From contig CAJFCJ010000012.1 in the NCBI GenBank assembly GCA_904063045.1, forward strand, positions 930,001 through 994,000: 64,000 bases of DNA, given 5' to 3'. The notes beneath the pieces were generated by a model. The model was not told the origin of the DNA and ran no database searches. It worked only from the letters and a program-made list of their open reading frames with translations. This DNA comes from Dimorphilus gyrociliatus (taxonomy: Eukaryota; Animalia; Annelida). The position numbers and the translations under genes are program-made. Of the stretch, positions 1 to 11,807 are shown piece after piece. The number at the start of each line of letters is the position of its first letter. Within the stretch, counting starts at the first letter, position 1.

Positions 1-2950
1 ATTTTCAAAGTTCTCTTTATCAATAGAAAGGCATAAGATATAGAATATGTAACAATTAATTGATATATTTACTTACTTGAATGCTCTGGTAAGATTGAGA
101 CTGATTGAATTGTAACTAATTCTTGAAAATCAACACCCCACCAATTATTACCTCTCTCATTAGTTTGACTGCAGCTTATATTCTTTGTATATATAATATT
201 GTTGAAAGAGAAAATATCGACGGCTTTATTTGCTGCATGTTGTGGATAAGGTGTTGAACTTTGGGTAACGAAAGAATTGACATTTATATATTGTTTCAAC
301 AGTGTATCTGTTTAAGAGAAATGTAGATTGTTAGTTGTCTATACTTTCTAAGACAATCAAAAAATTGAAACTAAGGCCAAACGTACCTTGAGCGTTGTTT
401 GGAGTTCCATAGACAAAAATTTCGCAAATATCAAAAAATGCACCAGTAGTTAGTAGATTATGTGTTTTTGGTCCATTAGATATTTCAACATAACGACCAA
501 CCGTATGTAAACTACACGAGAAAATATTAGTTGAGCCAAGGGTCATATTTGAAAAGGGAACAATAGCGCAGATTGATAAATTGGCGTCCGGATTGATTGA
601 GTAAAATAGAGATATGTTTAAAACATCATTTGCTAATAAATATAACACCATTAATAGTAATCGATTGACACGTTATTATAAAGTATTTTTAACTAACTTG
701 CAATATACGAATTTCCCCTCACAACATGGACGTTCTTTACATTATAGGTAGCTTTTAAATCTATAATTAACCAGAAATTTTCCGTTCCCGCTTTCCAACA
801 TTCATTATCATAATGAAAGCCTTGTCGATAAATATTGTCAGTTGTCAAAGTAGCTGTTGTCTTCTCGGTTGCTGATATAGAAGACCAAACCGGTTTTCCA
901 AGCGCAATATTCGGATGTGCAGCTAAATTAAATATAGTTTTATCGTTAAATTGTAATATTCACTATTAAAATATTGATCAAATTTGCTTACAATCTTTAC
1001 TCTCCCCACCAAAGATTTCAATATTGCAAACTGTAAAGTTTGTATGAAGTTCTTTCTCAATTACGGTAACTAATTCTCCAACACTGGCGGGGTCACAGTC
1101 GTAATATCTATTCTCGACCCAATAGCAAGTTGAGGCAACATTATCAGTCATACTTAAATCCGTAACGGAGATGTTGAACTTAATGGAATTGGCTAGTAAG
1201 ATTAAAATACACAAGAAACTAAGTTAATTTGTTCAATTGATTTATAAGAAAATAAGGTTTAAGAGATATAAAATACGAACTTTCACTTTCTAACAGGTCC
1301 ATATGTTCGCAGGCGGTTTTTTCGTAACAGCAGTCTGTATCGTCTAATATCTTGTAACTATTCATGTATTTATCTTTGCTAATTGCCAGTGTTCCGTTGG
1401 TTATTTCAGAGAAAATCTGATGCTTAGAACAATATGAACCATTTGTATGAAATCCATCACAACTTAGGTCAGATTTACAACTCTGTCCCATTTGCTGTTT
1501 TGTCTCAACACAACTGCTGACAACGGTAGATGTATCGTAGAAGAAAGGATAACGCTTATAGTTGATAATATCTGTAGAACAAAAACTTAGTGTCTAAACT
1601 AACTATTTAACTGAAATTGTGTAGTTAGGAAAACCTTCTTTATATGCCATTACTGTAACTCTTTGAACGAAGAATATTTTACGTAGATATAATCTCCACC
1701 ATTTAAGTTTATCAATAGACCAATTTGACGAAGTACTTGATAATAAATGTTGAAATTTACCGAAATTTGCTGTAAAAGAAATGTTAATAGAATAATGATT
1801 TTCTACTTCTTAGAGAGCTTACTATTCTCAAAGTAAATTTGAATATTTAAATCAAGATTTAGAGTTAGCACTTCTGATAAGGCAACTCTTTTACCAGACT
1901 TTTCATACAAGTGAAATGCAGTAGTTTCCCAGGATCTTTTAAAAATTTCTCTACAAGATACAGTTCTTATACCAATAGCAAAGCCTCGATTGAAGAAAGT
2001 GTTATCGGGATTGATGACACCATTTCGAAATTCTTTCTGATAGTTTATGGAAAATAGCCCTTTTGAATGGTCTATTTGACCCATAACTAATAATTTTAGA
2101 AAAGGAGGATTTCATTAGAATTTGTTGCTATAATTAAGAATCAAAACAAACCAAATTCGACTCTGCTGTTACAGGAAGGACCTAGTACTCTTATTAATTT
2201 TCCGAAGCATTTGAACATCTTACTTGGAAAAACATATACTCCATTCCAGGTAAAGTCAAATTCGTAGTTAGTTTGTATGTTTAACAATTGATATTTATCA
2301 TTTAGAGGTTGAGGAGAGGAACAAGAAATATTAGGTTCACTTAGGAAATTCGGGATAGTCGGGAAAGGTTCTGTAGTCGTATATTCTGTTGTTGTATATT
2401 CTGTTGTAGTTTGCGTTGTACCTGTTGTACCATTTGTTGTACTAGGGAGGTTGGTTGTACCAGTTGTCGTATTAGGGAGATCGGTTGTACCAGTTGTCGT
2501 ACTTGAGCCTTCACTACTTGAATTATTTTGTTGCGAGAAAGTTGTCAACTTTTGCGTAGCGTTTCCAACTGCTGAATTATTTGTTGGTGCAACTGAAGTT
2601 ACATTGATACTCGATTTTGTTGTAGATTTTTCGGTAGTCAATTCGACGGTTGTCGTTATTTCAATTGTTGACTTTTGGAAATTTGATGTTGATGATTGAT
2701 CTGGACCTGTCGTGGTTGATGTTACTTCTTCATTTTTCGCTTTTGTCGATGCAGCTACAGTACTTTTTTTCGTTTCTTTTGAGGTCGGTGCAATAGATTG
2801 GGTTTTTGTAACTGTTGAAGCGTTATCAGATGGGGCAAATGAACTAGTCACATTATCAAGTAGTGTTAAATGCAGAAGAATAACAATCAAGTAGAAATAT
2901 CCTATGTAAACATATGTAGTAAGATTTCCCATGTAAAGTTTACGCTTCAT
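1..2950 (-). CDS. Secreted multi-exon protein: signal peptide, Thr/Ser-rich mucin stalk and at least 3 F-type-lectin (FTP/discoidin-like) domains; 3' end lies beyond the left edge
   Basis: Hydrophobic N-terminus (YVYIGYFYLIVILLHLTLL) after ATG at 2950 or 2932, then a Thr-rich region (TTTGTT/TTEYTT repeats). Minus-strand exons read NIALGKPVWSS...WLIIDLK (~920-720), GRYVEIS...DICEIFVYG (331-651), VTQSS...ANKAVD...CSQT...NNWWGVDF (69-299), GELVTV...TVCNIEIFG (978-1214) and KWWRLYL..FFVQRVTV (~1700-1640). All are FTP-type motifs. Not every exon junction was resolved. Confidence 0.75.
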
Positions 2951-4467
2951 TCTCTCCGACTGACTAATGAACAAACAGAGAAGCAGTTCAATAATAAGGC
3001 GGAGAATTTCCGAGATCTCCTCTAACTATGCTAATAGTCGTTAGTTTTAAAATATTAAATTTTAGCAAAGAGTACAGCTGCTTCTTTTGAACAATTAAAG
3101 AAAAATAATAATGAAGCAGGCGGAGTTATTGAGGCTAGTTAAGCAAAATAATTGAAAAAGTATAAAAACTTTCATAATAAATGCCTTTTTCATATATCTT
3201 TTACTATCATCTGAATAGTTAATAAGAAATGAACAAAGCGTAAAAAGAAGTTTGTTTCTGAAGACATTATGATTTTGTTTTTTTGTGCCAAAAAACAAAT
3301 CAAAATAACAATCTTACATCAAACTGCTCAAAAGAGAATGAACGGAGGTTTCGTAATTTTGTGAACAAAGCTTTTTAAGAATCTTCTTTAATGTTACTCT
3401 ATTGCATGGATAATAAAGCTCCACTTTATTGTCAATTTATTAGAACATATTTTAAATATTAATGTAAAATGGTATAACCAAAATTATGTTTTTTATTATG
3501 AAATATAAATATTTAGAAATTTCTAATTTCTGTCGAACTATCTCTAAAATATTTATACTATTTTAAAGTGTTTTACAAAATATAAACAGTTCATCCTTAA
3601 AGTACAATAGGCTGACATTTTATTCTAATTTAAAACAAAAACAACATTGGTGAAAAGCTAAACTATCTTAAAAACAAACTTTTTCTAGTTGAAAATATAG
3701 ACGCGACCTCTTTTTAACAAACTCCTCTCTTTATATCCATTCTATACTAATAGAACTCAATTCAAAACGAACTATCATGTTTGTTAAATCAATAATTATC
3801 ATTATTGATTAATAATGACAAAATCTGAATATTATTGTATTATGTGATACAAGGTTTGTTTAATTATTTACTTCATAGTCTTATTTCAAAGACGACCATA
3901 ATTATAATTAACCTGTATATATCGATAGAAAGATTTTACAGATATTCAATGTAGAAACTACTCGTACAGCATGAATTCTCCAGTAATTGTAGACTTTTTA
4001 AATCAGTTCAATGACCTTTTTTTTAATCCATATTTAGTGTTTTTTAGTAAAGAAAAAGATAACTAAAATTAATTATTATTCACTTTCTTTTTGCCCCCTA
4101 CAGATTGAATTAATTATTGATAATAGGTTCAAGTTAGAATTGAACACATTAAGTTGCAAAATATACTACTGTATATAGATACTATACAAAACTGTGTAAT
4201 CAAAGCGATTATTAATATGTAAAAACGAAAATATCAGTATAAATTATCTATTTATATAATAAATTTGTATGTTTAACTTTCAATAATGAGCTAATTGTAT
4301 TCTTTTTTACCTGATGTGCTGCTTATAAGATTGTGTAAAAATACAGTTTACTTAAAAAAAGAAGAATTGAAAATATACGTTGTGATATGTTTTTATTAGG
4401 TTAGATTATATTCGTTCATATTAAAGTTGTTTAATAACAATAAAAGTTAATATTTTGGAAGATTTTC

Positions 4468-5715
4468 TTATATTTTCTTTGCAAGATTACATGCTGAGAT
4501 AATGGCAATTAACTGTTTGGGAAATAAGACAAAAAAAGAAACATAATTATTCATTAATTGTTAATTAGTAAATATTTATAGAGTTATTTAAACTAATTTA
4601 ATTACTACTAACAAAAAAAAAGAATCTCACCTCTAACACGAAAACTGATGCTCCGATTGCCAATATTATTTTAGCGTATTTTATTAATTCATCTTTTACG
4701 GAATTGTAACATCCCTTATCAGAATTAGAATTTTTAGCGTCAGGATTTTGAAGACAACCTTGTATATCAACAAATTCAAGTTGGCTAGCTTTGCCTGGAA
4801 AAACATCTGGATTTTTTGCCTTGCAACACGTCATTGGTATCTTAGCCTTGAATTTATGATAAAATATGAAAGAGTATATTTAATTAACAATAAAAAAAAG
4901 CTAATTTAATGTTTAATGTTTAAAATTACCTTTATTGTGTTTCCTTTATAAGTATATTCCCTTATCCACTTTTCTGCTGTTTCGAAATCGCCTCCACCAT
5001 CAACACCGCAACATTCAAACTGATTTCAAAAAAGAGTTCATTTCGAGTTGCATATTTTGAATAGTATTATTTTAAAATCGATAGAACTGTACGTAAGTCA
5101 TAAAATAAAGAAATAAACTCGAATGAATTATACCTGCATTTGAGCTCCATCCCATGCCAACGAAACTGTATCATCAGCAACTTTAAATTTATCATCGTAC
5201 GTTGATCCCTTATAATCCTCTATAAGAGTCGTATTCATATAATCTTTCAATTTATCTTCAACTTTATTTTGGAAGACTGCTCCAAGAATCACAGCGGCTA
5301 ATTGAATAGTTAGTAGAACACTTACAACAATGGAATATAGATAGAGAAAGATTTTTATTTCCTTCCATGCTCCACAACATCCCATAAATGATATTACAAA
5401 TATAACAGATGCTGTTCCAATCAGAACATAAGCTCCACTCGACAATATAGAGGTAACATCCAAGTCAGTTGATTTAACATCAGATGGAATTTTGGCGAAT
5501 AGATCAGTAATAGTATCTTTGGATACTGTTACAAGAATTCCGAGAGCAATAGCAACAGCGCTAATTAACTATGGATAGAATTTGTAAAAATCGTATATTT
5601 AACAACATAAATAAATAGGCTCATCGAAACAAACATAAAAAAGAGAAAAATAACATACCACAAATCCAATATTAATAGCAAATAGGAATATTTTGGAAAC
5701 TGTCTCTCCACACAT
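4468..5715 (-). CDS. Tetraspanin (paralog 1), 5 exons
   Basis: Exons 5715-5659, 5568-5134, 5019-4930, 4846-4631 and 4512-4468 join in frame with GT-AG. Four TM segments, GCCGAWKE after TM2, LEL motifs FECCG, PMTCC and KGCY. Confidence 0.95.
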
Positions 5716-7444
5716 CTTTTATTACCACAACCTATATATTAAAAATACTATATTAAACAAAAGAAGAATTATACCATAAACAAGTAGTCTTTTTCTCCGA
5801 TATGCTAAAGGTTAATATAAGCAGGAAGGAAAGAATAAAAACAGACATTGATTTAGCTTAAAATTGTATAGTTACAATGAATAAATAAATTAGTTTTATT
5901 CGTCGTAAGAATTCTACTCAAGATTAATCTCTTCTTTTATTCCTTTAGCTTATAATGTTGATAATATCTCTTTCTAAGTAAATAAGAAATAATGATATTT
6001 TTCACCTTAACTTTTCGAACGTATCATTACTGTTACTTTAACAGTGTGAAAAACAAATTGAACTCAATAATATTGAGTTCTCAAAAAATTCTTTGGTATG
6101 ACTATTGGTTCGCCTGTATTAGTAGAATATATATATGATGAATAACGCACATATGGTCAAGTGTACATTATTCCACAGTTTTATATTGACGATGGTTAAT
6201 TCAAGATAATGAAAATTGAAAGGGAGTGTTCGTGAAGGGATTAATGTATCGTGTTTATACGTAAATTGTAAAGCAGTAAGTAGTAAGTATGAACAAAAAA
6301 ACATACCTTAAATATTTAAAATTTACTCCTTTTATTCTATTTAAATAGTATAAACTGATACGTTGGAATATTTGTAACTATACAAAAAGATGATAAACTA
6401 AATCAATTGAAAAAGAAAATATATATAAAAGATCTAAATCATTAATTATTTACAAATAGTAAAAGCATAAGCCATTGATTTGGGCTGTATATAGTCTAAA
6501 TTTATATATCGGTATCAATTACAAAGATATCTATCTATGTATCTATATATATTTTAAATATTTGTACTTACTAATTTTCTTATTTGTAATTGTGGTTAAA
6601 AATTATATAGAAATCTAGTTATGCAGGTCGATTCAATTGACGAAGTGCGCACACTTTTGCTTTTTTATGATTAATAAAAGAAACACATACACACGTAAGC
6701 ATATACATTGAAATTCAACAGATGTAAACTTTTATGAAAGAGAAATTAAACTTGCTTCTAGAAATAAAAACTGGTACTAAATTAGAAAGAGCTGTCTATG
6801 GTATTCGTTCCAAAGTGTAATTTAAATAGAACCGTAATAAAGAAGTAGATGGATAGACAGAAGAAAACGGAAGATTTAATAAATGAGAATGAAGGGGAGA
6901 GAAAGAGCTAAAAAAGTATTTGAGAAAAGCGCCCTCTTGAGGTGAAAAACTTGAAGAGAGATGGATCGAATGATCTCGGTTTTCTCTTTTTTTTGCCATT
7001 CCAACGTATAAACATTAATCAATTAAAACCAAACTAAAGCAAAAAAGAAATATATCGATTGGGAAAGCGAACTAAAGAGAATATTCTTTCTTAAATTTAT
7101 AATATCTTTTAACTCTACATAGTTCATTTCATTTGTATTCGTTGCATACTCTTTACAAGTATAGTTATACAGTAATATATATATAATTTATATATCTATT
7201 ATTATCATTTTTTCGCTTTATTTTTAAAGTTTGAACGCTTTAAAATGAACTAATTATAATAATAGTAATTAAGTTTAATAAATAATAACGTAGTAATAGT
7301 AATTGTCATTTTTCTTGAGTAGATTTTGTAAACGGAAAGAAGAAGTAGGCAGTTGTTGTAACGGTGGATTTAGAGAAGAGAAGAATTTCTTTTTTATCTT
7401 TTTTTTTGTTATTCAATTGGAAAAAGTGTCGAAAGTAATAGTTT

Positions 7445-8285
7445 TTATTGATTTAATCTTTCGTAGCTGTATCCTTGATCTGTACATGGTGGGGAATACC
7501 ATTGGCATCTCTCTTCAACATATATTATTGAATCATCTATGCAAAGAGCTATAACTGAACATAAGCAGAGGAAGGCTGATATAATTCCAGCGTAGAAAGA
7601 TGCATGTAAATCTAAATATTTGGGTGATTGAACGAGAAATTCCCCTACATCTTGTATATGTGCGCCAAATAAGTAGAGTGCTAATAGTTGTTGAGAAACT
7701 GAAACAAAATTTAAAGTGATATATACTGTTTCTACTGTTAAATTATAGTCTCTGGTTTATTTCAAACAATCCAGTAATCTAGTATTTGTTTTAATAATGA
7801 GAAAATCAGATTATACTTACTGGCAAATATAAGAATTATTGAAATGACTTTTCTGGCAGCAAGGCTCATTCGTAAACCTATTCTTGTCTTATGTCCCATT
7901 AACACAATCAAGCATACAAGGCATGCTGATACTCCCAATCCAAAGGCTCCAGAAAGCAGTTTATACCATACTATTTGGAATCGAAAGAAGAATTAATCAA
8001 TTTTAAAAAAATGTATTAAAATATAAATAAATCTAAGATACAAGATTATCTTAATATTTTAATAAAATACTCACATGGGATCTGATCTGTAAAGTCGCCT
8101 ATATAGTCGCATACATCCACTTTTAAGCAGAGATGAAAAAGCCCGAAATATATTGAACTAGATCCTTCATCAACGTTAAATAATGCCCAACAAGGTGTTG
8201 TCAAAGATACTAAACCAAATAACGTTGAAATTGTTAAAAATCTAACAGAATAGTGCAGTTTTCTAAACGCTATTTTCACCGCCAT
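7445..8285 (-). CDS. Claudin/PMP22/EMP-superfamily four-TM protein, 3 exons
   Basis: Exons 8285-8075, 7970-7821 and 7680-7445 join in frame. First loop has the W...GLF..C....C signature (PCWALF...YFGLFHLCLKVDVC). Four hydrophobic segments; C-terminus ends YSYERLNQ. Confidence 0.85.
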
Positions 8286-8700
8286 CTTGTTGCAGTGGAC
8301 GTCCTATCGATTTTTGCTAGGCGTATATATATATATATATATGTTGTATAGTTAGTTAGATTGACTATTCCGTCGAGGAAAAGTACGATTTGTATTAAAG
8401 AAACAGTTTGCAATAGAAAAAAAGAAATAAAAGAAGAGTCCTCCATTTTTTTTTTGCTTTTCCTATCTTGTAAAAAGGTCAATTAGTATAAACAATTACG
8501 TTATAAATATGGAAAAAAATTATAACTTTCATAATTCTACCTATATGAAAAACAATTGAAATTCTATATGTACATTGTTCACCGATTATGTATGTTGAAT
8601 GAAAGAAGTTAGGCCTAGTCTGTTTTTTTTCGTTGACAATTAAAAAGGATATACACAGTGTATATATACATATATGTATTAGTACGTTGATAGTGGCAGT

Positions 8701-8703
<3 letters not shown>

Positions 8704-8740
<37 letters not shown>
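8704..8740. repeat. (GA)n microsatellite
   Basis: Uninterrupted AG/GA dinucleotide run. Confidence 0.95.
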
Positions 8741-8746
<6 letters not shown>

Positions 8747-9561
8747 AATAGTATAGAAAACTGTTATTAGCACTTTTATAAAGTAATGATTATTTTTTAA
8801 GTATACTTGGTTTATGGTTTGACAAGATAATTGAAAACTACTCATATATAACTTATATGAACAAGATAAGATTATAAAATTGATTCTAGGCCTATTTGAA
8901 AAAAAAATGAAAAATATTTTGACAGAGGCAAGTGAATTAATAGTGTTAAAACGGAAAAAAGGGAAAAGAAATGGGTATTTTTTGGTTAATGAGCCAACTC
9001 CTCCTTCGCCTCCTCTCTCTAAATCATTAAGAACTCAGAAAGTTATAAAAAGAGGAACGAAATTTATCCTTAATTATTAATTAATTTCTTTGAAAATCTT
9101 TACAACCAATTAATGATTTTTCGTTTTTTTAATTACACTTGACAAGAGTTTAGTGATCTAAATGGGAAAAAAATATTATAAAGTTTTAATCCACCAGAGG
9201 TCGCCCTAATTTTTTCTTCTGCTTTGCAGTAGATTACAAGAATAATGCGAGATAAATATCAAGTTTAAAGACACACGCATGCAGAGAACAAGAAATGGAA
9301 GGGACGAAAGTAAGGCAGGGGGTCGGGGGGTGGGACAGAGAGATCTCTCTAACGAGGTGTATAATGTGCGATATATTTTTCCACGTTGACAACGGAAGAT
9401 GGCGCTGACGAAGTTAAAATTGTTGAAAAGGTTATTCTTTGACGGCTTTGTGTGCTAGACAATCACTATACTATATTTATATCGACCTTTTAACGTATAC
9501 GATTGGCCAAGTTTTAATTTTTTTTCAAAGTTTTCACATATATTACCCTTCATATGGAACG

Positions 9562-10161
9562 ATGAGAGGATTACTATTGTTAATTTTAATGACTTTAGTC
9601 ATACTTAGTGATACTACTACAAAGAAAAAGAAAACAGTGAAGCAGACACCCAAACAGTCGAAGAAATCTAATATCGATAGAGTTTGGAATGATAAAATAG
9701 TGGATTTAACTCATCCATTCAATTATCATACGCCGTTATTCTCTGAAAAGTCAGCCTTTTATGAAAAGAAGAAGGTAGCTGACTTGAAGGGCGAAGAGAG
9801 TAGTAATGCATATAAATATTGGTAAGTAATATACAAATATATATATATATATATATGTTTATATATACGTATAATATATTCAGTTCCAAATATAACATAA
9901 GCGAAAAATATTAATAATAGACGCCTTATATGGACGCTTAAAGACAGTAAACAATATGTAAGAAGTGAATAAAAGGACATGACAGTTTTCTGTATATAGT
10001 TCTTCTTCTTCTCTTTATACGTAATAATAAATAATTGATGACTTTGAAGCCGCGCATTATTATTTAGATTCTGTAAATATACATTTTTAATGATTAGACA
10101 TTTATACAAACAGATGTAGCTTGTACGTGAGATTAATATGCAAATATATATGTATCTACTA

Positions 10162-10213
<52 letters not shown>

Positions 10214-11160
10214 GCATACACACATATACATATATAATATATATATATATATATATATACAGTATAAACATAAAATTGTATTTATTATAAAAGTATACTT
10301 GCCGGAACACGCAGAAAAGACAATTATAAATTGTAATGTACATTGTGTATGTTTTGCGTTTATTATTATTTTTTATTATTATATAAATCTTGTACAACTG
10401 TAAATTTCTAACCTATTTTTTCACCTCTTCTTTAAGGGCTGTTGAGACTCACTTCGTTATTTATAATTCGGCGGGAACTCATATAGAATCGCCTCGTCGA
10501 CTTAATTCAAACGGTCTTTCAGTTAAGGATTTAACATTTGATCGACTCATTCTCCCTGCGGTCGTAATTGACATTGAAGCCGAATGCAGGAGGAACAGGA
10601 ATTACAGACTCACAGAAACCTATATCGCCGAATGGGAAAAAAAGCATGGCATTATACCTAAGGGTGGTCTTGTTCTTATAAAAACCGGTTGGTCGAATTA
10701 CTGGAAAAATTCTGAAAAATATTACGGAACAAAGGATAAAAATATTATGAAACTTTCTTGGCCAGGTATGGATGCCGAGGCTGCTGCGTGGCTTGTTCAT
10801 AATAGAAAAATTTACGGCGTGGGAATCGACGCTCCGTCTGTTGACAGAGGTCAATCGTCCGTTCTCTTGGCATTGCGTCAATTATATGATAATAATGTTT
10901 ACACATTGAAAAACTTAGCTGATATGAGCAATATACCAACGCGTGGAGCCACCGTTCAAATCATGCCAATGCTGATAGATGGAGCTGCAAGTAGTCCTAC
11001 AAGAGTTTTTGCAAGTTGGTCGGGTGATGGAAGTCACAAATCAGGTCGCTCCATACCTTTTCTCACAAGATCTGGAGTTGAGAAAACCGGAAGCAATATT
11101 AGAAAACTGCTGCTATATGTTTCGTTAGCTTGTTACGCTTACCATTTTCTTTTGCTATAA
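9562..11160 (+). CDS. Secreted, probably GPI-anchored cyclase-family (kynurenine formamidase KynB / isatin hydrolase-like) protein, 2 exons, 327 aa
   Basis: Exons 9562-9821 and 10437-11160 (TG|G = Trp). Signal peptide MRGLLLLILMTLVILS; family motifs IVDLTHPF, GTHIESP, GGLVLIKTGW, WPGMDAEAAAWLV, GVGIDAPSVD, GAASSPTRVFA; hydrophobic C-terminal tail. Confidence 0.9.
10165..10260. repeat. Compound microsatellite (CT)n(CA)n(TA)n in the cyclase-gene intron
   Basis: Read directly from the sequence; it explains the spurious ORF 9759-10397 (CERERE, YIYIY). Confidence 0.95.
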
Positions 11161-11807
11161 TGATATATAAACAAACAAAAAAATAAAATAAAAACATACA
11201 AAAACTACATAGAATAATAATTTAAAAACAAGCATGTAAGAGAAATCTTATCTGTGGAATCAAATCGGTGTCGTGACCTTATTTGACGGTGAGGCGTTCC
11301 TCAAATGAAAAAGCAAATGACTAATAGTCTCATCGAGCAGGAACTATGTAATGGATGGGTGTATAGAGAAAGAAAAGAGAGTGAGATACGGATGAGGGTA
11401 AAGAGAAAAATAATAGGATTTTAGATTTTGCTAAAAGAAAGAAATAGAAAATATGAAGAAAAATTCATAGACAAGTTTAGAAGGCCCATTAAACAGGGAT
11501 GAATGCGTAAACTATTTTACCATAAAATCTGTATAATAATTAAAACCATTAAAAAATTCTATTTTAAGGTAAGTTAGTCGTCAACTGACGTTGTTCTCAT
11601 ATATTCTATCTTACTTTTTCTCACAATACCCAATTAAACAACTATATCCATCTTCGTCATCATTATACAGTCTTCTGATCATTTAGCAGTGATATAGTTG
11701 ACTTTTAAAAATATTTATTAGATATACTTAAGCGTCTTATCATTTCACAGTTTTACCATTAGCGACACCTGTCGTTGAATGTATGCATTCCACTGTCTAT
11801 TAACAAT

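Noticed and set aside
2451-2894. Plus-strand Val-rich ORFs
   Set aside because: These are antisense shadows of the Thr-rich (ACN) mucin exon on the minus strand.
9396-9457. AAGATGGCG (YY1-like motif) that also opens a 19-codon uORF upstream of the cyclase gene
   Set aside because: A 9-mer match and a short ORF are expected by chance; no supporting evidence is available from sequence alone.
9759-10397. 212-aa minus-strand ORF
   Set aside because: It is a translation of intronic (TA)/(CA)/(CT) microsatellites (YIYIY, VCVC, ERERE).
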